A stretch of 64,000 nt of DNA from NCBI GenBank assembly GCA_002269645.1, contig NIVC01001247.1, positions 220,928-284,927 on the forward strand, written 5' to 3'. The stretch's first letter is position 1. Every line of letters starts with the position of its first letter. Below, one piece after another: positions 1-12,717 of the stretch. The notes under the pieces are model-generated. The model did not search any database. It was not told the DNA's origin and saw only the letters and a list, made by a program, of their open reading frames with translations. Position numbers and translations under genes: made by a program. The stretch is from Macrostomum lignano (lineage: Eukaryota).

Positions 1-2137
1 ACTGACAGATACTTGAAGACGTGCAAATACAGTCCGGACAGTCCAGTTGATAAATACTGTCCGATATTTCGTTTGGGTGACATCATCAAGTACGGACAGT
101 CTATCAGTCAGGAGGCTGCGAAACAAATTTGGATCACAGGAGGTGAGACTACTACTGATAAGTATTTGGCGTAAAGATAAATATTAATCTAATTAAGATC
201 TGAGATACGAGAGGCGCTGACTTGGGTGAAGTGTGACTTGGGTGAAGTGTGACTTGAGTGAAGTGTGACTTGGGTGAAGTGTGACTTGGGTGAAGAGTGG
301 CTTGGGTGAAGTGTGGCTTGGGTGAAGTGTGGCTTGGGTGAAGTGTGGCTTGGGTGAAGTGTGGCTTGGGTGAAGTGTGGCTTGGGTGAAGTGAGGCTTG
401 GGTGAAGTGTGGCTTGGGTGAAGTGAGGCTTGGGTGAAGTGAGGCTTGGGTGAAGTGTGGCTTGGGTGAAGTGTGGCTTGGGTGAAGTGTGGCTTGGGTG
501 AAGTGTGGCTTGGGTGAAGTGTGGCTTGGGTGAAGTGAGGCTTGGGTGAAGTGAGGCTTGGGTGAAGAGTGGCTTGGGTGAAGTGTGGCTTGGGTGAAGT
601 GAGGCTTGGGTGAAGTGAGGCTTGGGTGAAGTGTGGCTTGGGTGAAGTGAGGCTTGGGTGAAGTGAGGCTTGGGTGAAGAGTGGCTTGGGTGAAGTGTGG
701 CTTGGGTGAAGTGAGGCTTGGGTGAAGAGTGACTTGGGTGAAGTGTGACTTGGGTGAAGTGTGACTTGGGTGAAGAGTGACTTGGGCGAAGTGTGAACAA
801 GAACCTAGGTGACGTGTGGCTTGTGTGAAGAGTGACTTGTGTGAAGAGTGACTGGGGTTAAGAGTGACTTGGGTGAAGAGTGACTAGGGGAAGAGTGGCT
901 TGGGTGAAGTGTGGCTTGGGTGAAGAGTGACTTGTGTGAAGAGTGACTGGGTTAAGAGTGACTTGGGTGAAGAGTGACTAGGGGGAAGAGTGGCTTGGGT
1001 GAAGTGTGGCTTGGGTGAAGTGTGAACCAAGAACCTAGGTGAAGTGTGGCTTGGGTGAAGAGTGACTTGGGTGAAGAGTGACTTGGTTGAAGAGTGACTA
1101 GGGGGAAGAGTGGCTTGGGTGAAGAGTGACTGGGGTGAAGAGTGAGTCTTTTTTGTCCTATGAACCTGTGAACGGTGAATAGGGGCTCTATAAGAAGTCA
1201 ATTAATAAGTAATTATGATATTCTTGCAGGCATGGTGGCTATCGATATTCACTGGGAATGTAACTTCGACTTCGACGAAGAGCACTGCAACCGGACTACA
1301 GATTTCGGAGTCTGGAGGACGGCAAAGTCGGTCAGGGTTGGAATTTTCGGTCAGTAATTAAGCATGTAGCTGTCGTTTTGATTTTGCGTAATTTTCTGCA
1401 CTTACTACTTAGGTAAAAACGAATAGTATAGCGGTACGTGTCGAGTTGAACAACTAATCCCTAAAATCTTGTTTTTAAAATCTAAACCTCCATTTAAACA
1501 CATTTTTGTAAACACAAATTCTAAACCACAATATAAATACACACTGTAAACACACATTATAGAGTCTAGACCACCATTTAAATACACACTGTAAACACAC
1601 ATTCTAAACCACAATATAAATAAACACTGTAAACACACATTCTAAACCACAATATAAATACACACTGTAAACACACATTATAGAGTCTAGACCACCATTT
1701 AAATACACACTGTAAACACACATTCTAAACCACAATATAAATACACACTGTAAACACACATTTTAAACCATTGAGTGTTTCGTAGTTTCTAATTTTATTT
1801 GAAAAAAATAAGCAGAAACTAATCGCATGAATCGACGGTTTAATTGCATTTTATTTCATTGAATTTTAGTTAATTATCCTCAACCAATTTCTTTTTCTTC
1901 AGTCACGCCTATCACTACGAAGAGAATGGCGTTCACAAGCGCACATTGGTGAAAGCTTTCGGCATTCAATTCTTTATCAGCGTCACGGGCCGAGGCGGAA
2001 AATTTGATATTCTCAACTTTACTATGAATCTGGGCTCTGGATTGGCGCTGCTCACGCTGGCCACTGTGCTGTGCGACATCATTGTGCTCAACATTATGCG
2101 CAAGAGAAAGAAGTACCGACACGCCAAGATTGACAAG
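1..2137 (+). CDS. P2RX: P2X purinoceptor (ATP-gated cation channel), 3' exons: <1-142, 1230-1349, 1903-2137
   Basis: Exons translate to TDRYLKTCKYSPDSPVDKYCPIFRLGDII / GGMVAIDIHWECNFDFDEEHCN(P)DYRFRSLEDGKVGQGWNFR / HAYHYEENGVHKRTLVKAFGIQF...GKFDILNFTMNLGSGLALLTLATVLCDIIVL. These contain P2X ectodomain cysteines, the NFR ATP-binding motif and TM2. Junctions are GT-AG with matching phases (1, 2). One -1 nt frameshift lies at 1291-1292. Confidence 0.93.
219..1146. repeat. 16-bp G-rich minisatellite (CTTGGGTGAAGTGTGG) in a P2X intron
   Basis: Direct reading; about 55 variant units. It produces the spurious ORFs 189-800 and 884-1201. Confidence 0.95.
1495..1770. repeat. Approximately 38/45-bp alternating tandem repeat (TCTAAACCACAATATAAATACACACTGTAAACACACAT)
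   Basis: Direct reading; two unit types alternate. Confidence 0.85.
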
Positions 2138-2187
2138 GTAGGGGCGATTGTCTCACTTGGTTTAGGGTTGAGATGGCTTGTGTTTAT

Positions 2188-2202
2188 GATTGACTGATTG
2201 AC

Positions 2203-2250
<48 letters not shown>

Positions 2251-2301
2251 CGATTGATTTATTGATTGATTGATTGTTTGATTGATTGATTGATTGATCG
2301 C

Positions 2302-2342
<41 letters not shown>

Positions 2343-2382
2343 CACTTGATTGATTGATTAATTGATTGATTGATTGATGTAC

Positions 2383-2429
<47 letters not shown>

Positions 2430-2497
2430 CTGGTTGATTAGTTGACTGATTGATTGGTTTGGTAGATTAATTGATTGATTGATTGGTTGATTGATTA

Positions 2498-2591
<94 letters not shown>

Positions 2592-2594
2592 CGC

Positions 2595-2631
<37 letters not shown>

Positions 2632-2759
2632 CACTTGATTGATTGATTAATTAATTGATTGATTGATGTACTGATTGATTGATCGATTTATTGATTGATC
2701 GATTGATTGATTAATCGATTGATTGATTGATTGTTTGATTGATTTATTGATTTTATCGC

Positions 2760-2799
<40 letters not shown>

Positions 2800-2909
2800 C
2801 TGGTTGATTAGTTGACTGATTGATTGGTTTGGTAGATTAATTGATTGATTGATTGGTTGATTGATTAATTGATTGATTGATTGATTGATTGATCGATTGA
2901 TTGATTGAT

Positions 2910-2940
<31 letters not shown>

Positions 2941-2993
2941 CTGGTTGATTAGTTGACTGAATGACTGGTTTGGTAGATTAATTGACTGATTGG

Positions 2994-3066
<73 letters not shown>

Positions 3067-3145
3067 CGATTGATTGATTGTCTGATTGATTGATTGATTG
3101 ACTGATTGATTAATTTATTTATTGATTAATTGATTGATTGATTGG

Positions 3146-3184
<39 letters not shown>

Positions 3185-3220
3185 GTTGACTAATTGGTTG
3201 GTTTGATTGATTAATTGATT
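2188..3220. repeat. (GATT)n microsatellite
   Basis: Direct reading; internal variant blocks are duplicated. Confidence 0.97.
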
Positions 3221-4347
3221 GAATATATTCGTAGTTGATTTGTTGTCGTGAAAAATTTAATAATTAATTAATCGACTTTTCTATTTAGTGATGAAATGAC
3301 TGATTAATTTTATGTTAGTATTAATTAATTGATTCGTGAACGTTCAGAAAATTAATCACCTTCAGGCCGAACAACCCCTACAGCAACCGAAAAACAGCCC
3401 TTGATCTGTCTGTTCAGTCGAGAGAATTGCTGAACTTGCACTTTAGCTCGCTCCTGTAAATCATGCTGGTTTCATTCACCAATCCCTAAGAAGCTTTTAT
3501 GGGGATTAATAATTCACCAAATGTTGTCAATTATAGCTTGGAAATGTTTTTTGACCGAGGGACGAAAGCGAAACGAAGAGAGCGGGAAAAGGAATACCTA
3601 AAAGCAGGCGGCCCACAAGATTGAGCTCTTCATTATCAGTCTGTGGGATTAACATTTTGAAGCCCTGGGAAATTTTGGCTCAACTTATATTAGGTAACTG
3701 TCTGAAGCAGAAGACGTCAGAGCAGCGACTCAGAAAGGAGACAGAGTTAGAAAAGGAAATTAGAGTCAAATTTCAACGCAGCGAAGGCCTCAGAGTTTTG
3801 AGACTCGCGAGCATTCAGCCAATGAGGAATGTAGCTAGGGAATTAATAAGTAAAATAAGCAACTCAGCTTACTTGCCAGCGACTATTTCTGATGCTTCAT
3901 CGGTGCCTGCGCAGGACAGGCAAGTTCTAAATATAGTTTAACTTTTTGCGGAAATTAGCCTAATTATTAAGAAGCTGTGGGGCGCCCTGGCGACAGCGTC
4001 CCGCAACCAGGGCTGATGGCAGTTCTGCCATCAAATTTGGTATGTTTGATGGCAAATTTTCCTAGAAACGTCCTTCTACCGGTACTTGAGTAGTCCTTGA
4101 AAAAAGCTTCTAGGTTGATCAGAGCACTCAGCTTTTAAGGCTGAAAAAGCAAGCTAGAAACGATTAGTTCCTTAAAAAATTCTTCACGAAGCTCTGTTGC
4201 AGAAATTAGCCTAATTTAGAGTCTGTAGTTTAGAGTATCGTCAGAAAAATCAATAATTATAACAAAATAAAGACATACGTCACAAATATAAAAAATCAGT
4301 CTATGAAATCAAACAATTTAAATATTGAATGTCAACATGACAAACAG

Positions 4348-4818
4348 GTTAAACGGCGTCAAATTGAGCGGGCCAAGACCACACGGGAGAGCGGTCGAGT
4401 CCCCCAATCGGGAGAGCAGCAACAACAGAAGCCAAGAAAGAAGAGCGCAGTTTACAAGAAACGCACCGCAGCCGCAGCAACGACCTGGAAGCACGAGCGG
4501 CCTCAGACCAGACTCAACGAGAAGCACCGCGACAAGACCAGCTCAACCATCGGGGACGAGATTGAATGCCTCGACTCCAACAACGGTGCCAGCCAGCAAC
4601 TGCAACAGCAGCTAGGCGTACCCAGCCAGCCCTTCTATCCGCACGGTTCGCTATCATCATTTCCCTACATGTCGGCCTCGCAGACTGAGAATAATTCGTC
4701 AAGTTCTGGCGGCAACAGCGACGCTCTTGACAATCGCGATGAAGTCAGCAGCAGCGACAGCGACAGCGACACGGAGCGATGCAGTCCCAGAAAGTCTGGC
4801 GACACTACAATGTGCTGA
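4348..4818 (+). CDS. Candidate terminal exon of the P2X gene (low-complexity cytoplasmic tail)
   Basis: CAG acceptor at 4345-4347 is in phase 0 with the AAG|GT donor at 2137, giving ...YRHAKIDK|VKRRQIE.... The frame is open for 156 codons to TGA and is Ser/Gln/Asp rich. The polypyrimidine tract is weak. Confidence 0.45.
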   Translation, partial: VKRRQIERAKTTRESGRVPQSGEQQQQKPRKKSAVYKKRTAAAATTWKHERPQTRLNEKHRDKTSSTIGDEIECLDSNNGASQQLQQQLGVPSQPFYPHGSLSSFPYMSASQTENNSSSSGGNSDALDNRDEVSSSDSDSDTERCSPRKSGDTTMC

Positions 4819-5028
4819 GCATGTTTTTTTAACACGCCGTTGTGTATTAACGATTTTAAGCCAGATTCCCGAACTTTTTTGGGTTCATGCTTCAAGAATA
4901 ATTTCAGTGTCTACTTAGAAAACGATTTTTTAAACTTAAATTATAATTAAACTACACAACGCCTTCGGCGAAAACCGTTGCGCGCCAATACTGTACGCTG
5001 GCACTGCACATTTCGCACATTTTGGTTA

Positions 5029-7231
5029 TGATGTAACCACGCTCTGGTCGCGGGATAGGGCATGGGAACTTTTTCGAAAGTGCCTCCTATCCCGTGCACC
5101 CCCTGCACAGAGTTGTCGAGACTCGGCCAGGTCTCCGACCAGGCCTGGAGACTCCCGCTCTGCTGCACCCCTCCTGCTGCCTTGGTTCCGTCTCCCCTGC
5201 CGCCACACCTGCCTTTCCGGAGCTCCCTACCCCTTTCTGTACCTCCCCCTCTACCCTATCTCTTCTGTTATCCGCCCTATTCTTCCTGTACTTTCCCTAT
5301 CCCCCCTCTTTTTGTCTCCCTCTGCACTCTTTTCCTGCGCTGTCCCCTCTTTCCCTGTGTCTACTTACAGTATTTTGTGTGCTCACCGTCTCCCCATCCC
5401 CTCCCAAACTCCCAAACGGTGACGCAAGTCGTGTGACCCCTTCTCCCCCTCGGGGACTCATCGATGACTCATCCCCCTCTTGCGCAACCTTTTCTCACGC
5501 CATTGTTCTCCTTCCCAAATTTCTCATGCGACACCCACCCCACCTCCGCTTCTATTGTTCTCGTTTTTGATTCTTTTGTTCTCTCGACCCCCACCAATTA
5601 TCACATTTTCTCCGATTTTCTCTTTCTTTTGTTCTCGTTTTCGCACCTAATTATCACCTTTTCCCCAATGTTTACTTTTCCATTGTTCTCAGTTCTCCCC
5701 AATTATCCCCGATTTCCAATTCCTTTGTTCTCGACCCCAGCCCTATTGTTCTCAATGTTTGCTTGCGCAACACTTTCGCGACCACCCGCTGCGCCAATTA
5801 TCCCCCCACCCCACCTCCGGATTGCGCAATTTCCCTATTTCTCATGTTGCTATGCCGGTCTCATGCTTCTCATCATGACTCATTCTGACGTCATTCTGCC
5901 GGCAGCCAATCAGAGAGAGGGAGCCATGGTAACGACCTTGAGGAGGCGGCAGTGAGGTCTATAAAAGGAAGCGATTTCGGCATGAGAATCCTCAGACGCG
6001 TTCCTTCTCGTCCTACTGTGGACTTGCTGTCAGACCTTGATCTGACCTATTCGTCTATAGGACGAACCTCTGCCGGTCCGCGGTCTGATACCGCCAAGTT
6101 ACCTTTGCTCCCCAAGTGAGCTCGCCTATCGGCCAGCGGTCTGATACCGCCCAGCATCATCAGCATCGCCTGATCTACATCAGCGCCTCGTCGCTTCAGC
6201 GCATCGCCGCTTCACTGTCTGCCTGACTGCAGCTTACAGCCGCCCTTGGTCACCCCGCCTCTCTCTCTCTCTGTGCAGCTGCCGGTAAGTTCCTGTTACT
6301 AATTTGTGCTCTAATCGCCTTGCTTATCCGGGGTTTGCCTATTTTTCCATTGTCTGATTAGAGAGCTGAGCCAATTGTGATACCGTAACTCATTGCTGTA
6401 TTCTACTCAGTAGTGAAGCCGCCTAATTGCCTGCTTATTTGCCTAAGGGCCTAATTATTAACTATTAACTAACTCCATCATTATTCACTCTTTAACCATC
6501 ATTTCACTCATGGCTTGCTAAGCCTTTCTCCCGGGGTGGCAAAGCATAAGGAAGTTTGGGTAAGCTAATGGTCTCTCCCCGTGCAAAGCCCGCCTGTGAG
6601 TGCGTGCTGCGGGGCCGCGTGTGCGTGCAGTAGAGGGATTAGCGAGTCTTGGCACAGAATGGCAGTAGGAAGGTTGCAACCCCATGCTGACGCGTTCCTT
6701 CGCCCTGAGCAATCTAAACTACAGACAGTACATGTTCGCCTCATACTACTCTTAGTAATCAAAGTCGTAAGTTAGCCTCGCTCACAGCCACAAAGGATCC
6801 CCTGCTGAGAAATCCTCCAGATTGAGCCCAGAGTTCCCGATCATGCCCCAAGCAGAGTCCCTGTACTCGGCTGCATGTGTCTCCCCTGTTAGCCTAAATC
6901 TCCTGGTAACCATCCTAGGCGGGGCTCTAGCCTCGAGAGGTCTGGTAGAAAGATCCAGGTGCGCCAGGTCACATAGAGTGGTGGCAGCCACTCGGTCAAA
7001 CTCTGACCGAGTGACCAACTATTGCACCTTGGCTACAGGTGGGGTCCATGTGGGTCCTTGGCCCTCTGGTCACAAAGCGCTACCAAAGCTATCAATCATG
7101 TGGGCGGGACAGTCTGGTGCTGGAGGTCCGTCAGGCCATTGCCCGGTCATAGGCAGCCTACGGTCATTGCCCCCTCTAGTCATGTGTTCGTCTCTCAACG
7201 GAGCGGACAGGCGACAAGGGCGGTTACATCA
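5029..7231 (+). mobile_element. Solo LTR (Gypsy-type), 2203 bp
   Basis: Begins TGATGTAACC and ends GGTTACATCA (perfect 10-bp inverted termini, TG...CA). Flanked by a GTTA 4-bp TSD (5025-5028 and 7232-7235). Has an internal promoter cluster and no coding capacity. Confidence 0.8.
5886..5966 (+). promoter_or_regulatory. LTR promoter: CRE TGACGTCA (5886), CCAAT (5906), X-box-like CCATGGTAAC (5924), TATAAAA (5960)
   Basis: Motifs read directly, in canonical order and spacing. Confidence 0.6.
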
Positions 7232-7609
7232 GTTATTTCTATCAGCTTTCGCATTCACTTGGCGTTTGACACATTTCAATAATTTTGATTATTATTATTA
7301 TCAATAAAAGCATGGTTTATGAGCTTCAATCGTCAACTGCTCGCCTGTATGTAGTTTAAAAGCAATGCTTGTTCTTGGACATTGTTTGAATATCTACTAT
7401 CTCAAGTATCGTAGTCAATGCTTGCTTTCTGGTAATAATTTGTGTTTCTTGCTATCCTGGCATATTGTCTGAGTAGTCTGTACTGCCCTCTTGGCTACGG
7501 CAGCCGCTGCACTGGCGTATGAATCGTAAAAAATTCACCTATTTAATATTTATCTGCAAGGTGCTTCACTAATGCATTAATAATTATTTAAGAAATTTTT
7601 AGCACCCAT

Positions 7610-7804
7610 CAAGAGACAGGGGCGCTCAAAAAGAGACAGGGGCGTCCACCAAGAAATAAGGGCGCCCAACAAGAGACAGGGGGCGCCCACTAAGAGACAG
7701 GGGCGCCCACCAAGAGACAGGGGCTCCCACCAAGAGACAGGGTCTCCCATCAAGAGACAGGGGCTCCCATCAAGAGACAGGCGCGCCCACTGCGAACGCC
7801 ACTG
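7610..7804 (+). repeat. Short array of the 20-21-bp CCAAGAGACAGGGGCGCCCAC minisatellite, ending in a MITE-like terminus (GCGAACGCCACTG)
   Basis: Direct reading. Confidence 0.8.
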
Positions 7805-8457
7805 ATCTGTGTGCTGACCGCCATTTCCCAGTGAAAACTTAAACAGACGCTAACCCGATTTCGAGTGCAGCGTCCCACATTTTCGGTATTCATAGTTCTC
7901 TAAGTCTCAACCATAAACCCATTGAATATGCAGTATGCTCGTAACTATCAGGATCATTTTTAAAAATCGCAATAATCCACATGAAAGCTTTCTTTCACAT
8001 GTTACGAGCTATAAACTAACAACTATAACTGTCGAAAATGAAGTTTTAATTATTCAAGACTTTTCATCGAATTGGGAGGCTTTTTTATATTTTCTGATAT
8101 TCAACAAGCATTTTCATTCTGCATGGTTAGAAAACGCTTACAAAGTTAATTAACGTTGACCTGCTGAAATATTATCTTGAAATGAAATGCAATATATCGT
8201 TATACAGTTGACTCTCTACAGACTTTGTCATCGAGTTCCTACAGCTTGGATGCTTAGAATTCAGGCATTGCTTCAGTAAAACATAATGTACTATTATTAG
8301 CGCAATCAATCCTATTTTAAAGTTTATAATATTCCACATAAATGTTATTGATTATTGTTATGATTCAATATTAAACTTATAAAACCACTATAATTAAAAA
8401 TGTTTATCGTAAGTATGGAGTAGTATGGAGTGATCAGAAACTATAATATGGATGTTT

Positions 8458-9350
8458 GAGTGAGGTGCGTGTGGAGTGAGGTGGGTTTGGAGTGAGGTGG
8501 GTGTGGAGTGAGGTGGGTGTGGAGTGAGGTGGGTGTGGAGTGAGGTGGGTGTGGAGTGAGGTGGGTGTGGAGTGAGGTGGGTGTGGAGTGAGGTGGGTGT
8601 GGAGTGAGGTGGGTGTGGAGTGAGGTGGGTGTGGAGTGAGGTGGGTGTGGAGTGAGGTGGGTGTGGAGTGAGGTGGGTGTGGAGTGAGGTGGGTGTGGAG
8701 TGAGGTGGGTGTGGAGTGAGGTGGGTGTGGAGTGAGGTGGGTGTGGAGTGAGGTGGGTGTGGAGTGAGGTGGGTGTGGAGTGAGGTGGGTGTGGAGTGAG
8801 GTGGGTGTGGAGTGAGGTGGGTGTGGAGTGAGGTGGGTGTGGATTGAGGTGGGTGTTAAGTGAGGTGGATGTGGAGTGAGGTGGGTGTTAAGTGAGGTGG
8901 AGGAGGAGTAAGGTGGGTGTGGAGTGAGGTGGGTGTGGAGTGAGGTGGGTGTGGAGTGAGGTGGGTGTGGAGTGAGGTGGGTGTGGAGTGAGGTGGGTGT
9001 GGAGTGAGGTGGGTGTGGAGTGAGGTGGGTGTGGAGTGAGGTGGGTGTGGAGTGAGGTGGGTGTGGAGTGAGGTGGGTGTGGAGTGAGGTGGGTGTGGAG
9101 TGAGGTGGGTGTGGAGTGAGGTGGGTGTGGAGTGAGGTGGGTGTGGATTGAGGTGGGTGTTAAGTGAGGTGGATGTGGAGTGAGGTGGGTGTTAAGTGAG
9201 GTGGAGGAGGAGTAAGGTGGGTGTGGAGTGAGGTGGGTGCGGAGTGAGGTGGGTGTGGAGTGAGGTGGGTGTGGAGTGAGGTGGGTGTGGAGTTAGGTGG
9301 GTGTGGAGTGAGGTGGGTGTAGAGTGAGGTGGGTGTGGAGTGAGGTGAGT
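8458..9350. repeat. 16-bp G-rich minisatellite (GAGTGAGGTGGGTGTG)
   Basis: Direct reading; a variant block is repeated at a 304-bp offset (8841 and 9145). Confidence 0.97.
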
Positions 9351-10304
9351 TCGAAATCGCAGAAGTTTCTGATCGCCATGGTAAGCATAGAAATTTTACG
9401 CAATTGAAAAAGGCAAGCTCTATTAATGCACTCAGCTAGAGTTCCGAAGTTTTTTTCTGATTTTAATCCCACCTGAATACACGGTTCTGAGGACAGCCAC
9501 AAATGAATCTTATGAAAATAGTTATAATGTCAATGTATAACATTGAACCATAGTAAATTGTTCTTTTAAAAGGAGTTTGAACACTAAAAAATAGAAGTGG
9601 GAGCGGAATTCGATATTTGGACCCCAATAACATATTTTTAAGAGGCATGTGATAGAAATAATAATAACAACAGCTTAGATGATTCTGAGTAAATATTACC
9701 TCAACTTTACAAGACATTTTACAAGATTGTGAACCATCAAAATATTACCAGCTAGCTAATGAACATTTGACGTATTGCAATTTTTGTATCCTTTAATCGC
9801 AATTACATATAAAAGTGCATTATTTTCAAAATATTTAATGTAACAACTGCTACTAGCGTAGATTAAAATTTGATGGACAAATCACCGACAAGGAAAGCAA
9901 ATATCACTACAACAGAAACAAAACAAGTAACTATTGGTTGTTTTTTTAGTGAAAACTGATGGACAGACAATATTGACAATTGAGAAGGAACACTCGCATT
10001 TATGATTACAAAAAATTCAACTTTAGTCTTCTATAACGCACGAGATTTTCTGGATGCCAATTTTTATCCTAAGTACCTAGATTTGCCTTAACTTATTTAT
10101 CTTGTTCACGCGTTTGTCTCTCTGGTTGCTATAAGGTCTCTCTTGGTTATTTCCTGACAATAATCTCAGCTCCTATAATTACATGACTCGCTATGATTAA
10201 AAACTTGCAAAACATCTACGAGCGTGTAACAAAGACTAGCTACTCAAGTAGGACGGGAGACCTCGAAAATTTTATGAGGCAGATTTTTCCACAAAATTTC
10301 GAGG

Positions 10305-12268
10305 CAGAGACAGGGGCGCCCACCCAAGAGACAGGGGTGCCCACCCAAGAGACAGGGGCGCCCACCCAAGAGACAGGGGTGCCCACCCAAGAGACAGGGG
10401 CGCCCACCCAAGAGACAGGGGCGCCCACCCAAGAGACAGGGGGCCCACCCAAGAGACAGGGGCGCCCACCCAAGAGACAGGGCGCCCACCCAAGAGACAG
10501 GGGGCACAGCAAGAGACAGGGGCGCCCACCCAAGAGACAGGGGCGCCCACCCAAGAGACAGGGGTGCCCACCCAAGAGACAGGGGCGCCCACCCAAGAAA
10601 CAGGGGCGCCCACCCAAGAGACAGGGGTGCCCACCCAAGAGACAGGGGTGCCCACCCAAGAGACAGGGGCGCCCACCCAAGAGACAGGGGGGCACAGCAA
10701 GAGACAGGGGCGCCCACCCAAGAGACAGGGGTGCCCACTCAAGAGACAGGGGTGCCCACCCAAGAGACAGGGGCGCCCACCCAAGAGACAGGGGCGCCCA
10801 CCCAAGAGACAAGGGCGCCCACCCAAGAGACAGGGGCGCCCACCCAAGAGACAGGGGTGCCCACCCAAGAGACAGGGGCGCCCACCCAAGAGACAGGGGC
10901 GCCCACCCAAGAGACAGAAGCGCCCACCCAAGAGACAGGGGCGCCCACCCAAGAGACAGGGGCGCCCACCCAAGAAACAGGGGCGCCCACCCAAGAGACA
11001 GGGGCGCCCACCCAAGAGACAGGGGCCCCCACCCAAGAGACAGGGGCGCCCACCCAAGAGACAGGGGCGCCCACCCAAGAAACAGGGGCGCCCACCCAAG
11101 AGACAGGGGCGCCCACCCAAGAGACAGGGGCGCCCACCCAAGAGACAGGGGCGCCCACCCAAGAAACAGGGGTGCCCACTCAAGAGACAGGGGTGCCCAC
11201 CCAAGAGACAGGGGCGCCCACCCAAGAGACAGGGGCGCCCACCCAAGAGACAGGGGTGCCCACCCAAGAGACAGGGGTGCCCACCCAAGAGACAGGGGTG
11301 CCCACCCAAGAGACAGGGGTGCCCACCCAAGAGACAGGGGCGCCCACCCAAGAGACAGGGGTGCCCACCCAAGAGACAGGGGTGCCCACCCAAGAGACAG
11401 GGGTGCCCACCCAAGAGACAGGGGCGCCCACCCAAGAGACAGGGGCGCCCACCCAAGAGACAGGGGCGCCCACCCAAGAGACAGGGGCGCCCACCCAAGA
11501 GACAGGGTGCCCACCCAAGAGACAGGGGCGCCCACCCAAGAGACAGGGGCGCCCACCCAAGAGACAGGGGCGCCCACCCAAGAAACAGGGGCGCCCACCC
11601 AAGAGACAGGGGCGCCCACCCAAGAGACAGGGGCGCCCACCCAAGAGACAGGGGCGCCCACCCAAGAGACAGGGGTGCCCACCCAAGAGACAGGGGCGCC
11701 CACCCAAGAGACAGGGGCGCCCACCCAAGAGACAGGGGCGCCCACCCAAGAGACTGGGGTGCCCACCCAAGAGACAGGGGTGCCCACCCAAGAGACAGGG
11801 GCGCCCACCCAAGAGACAGGGGCGCCCACCCAAGAGACTGGGGCGCCCACCCAAGAGACAGGGGCGCCCACCCAAGAGACAGGGGCGCCCACCCAAGAGA
11901 CTGGGGCGCCCACCCAAGAGACAGGGGTGCCCACCCAAGAGACAGGGGCGCCCGCCAAGAGACAGGGGCGCCCACCCAAGAGACAGGGGCGCCCACCCAA
12001 GAGACAGGGGCGCCCACCCAAGAGACAGGGGGGCACAGCAAGAGACAGGGGCGCCCACCCAAGAGACAGGGGCGCCCACCCAAGAGACAGGGGGGCACAG
12101 CAAGAGACAGGGGCGCCCACCCAAGAGACTGGGGCGCCACCCAAGAGACAGGGGGGCACAGCAAGAGACAGGGGCGCCCACCCAAGAGACTGGGGCGCCC
12201 ACCCAAGAGACAGGGGGCACAGCAAGAGACAGGGGCGCCCACCCAAGAGACAGGGGGCCCACCCAAGA
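10305..12268 (+). repeat. 2-kb array of the 21-bp minisatellite CCCAAGAGACAGGGGCGCCCA
   Basis: About 93 units. Accounts for all the long ETGAPTQ/KRQGRPP/RDRGAHP ORFs. Confidence 0.98.
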
Positions 12269-12717
12269 CAAAATACATTACGGACATAGGAAATTTTCAT
12301 TTTCAGCACAAAGGTTTTATTGCTTTTGATAGGAGGCAGACCCAAAGTTCATCTTTTGATATGTTTTGCCTTTCTTATAGCTCTATTGACATTCATAATT
12401 GACATTCGTAAAGCGTTTCGTCTAGAAAATTAGAAGTCTACGTCAATTTTTCAATCCGCGTACAATTGCATATATCTTGTGCATGAAAACCATTAAAATG
12501 GCACGGCTTCGCTCATTAGTTTTAGAAATCTATTTTATCATTCTTGGCTGAGTGTGTAACAATATGTGTAACAGAAATGATGAAATAGATTCATAAAACA
12601 AATGAGTCGAGCTGTAGCTGTGTCATGAATTTTTATGATTTCTAAGCGCTGGGAAAGCACGTATAGAATAAAAAATGAACATAGAAGCCTTAGTGTTGGG
12701 CTTTCAACTAATCTCAA

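Noticed and set aside
10193-12402. Long ORFs (363-701 aa) in several frames on both strands
   Set aside because: They are translations of a stop-free 21-bp minisatellite; the frame slips between repeat phases and there are no splice or domain signals. The same applies to the ORFs at 14.3-14.9 kb and 22.4-23.3 kb.
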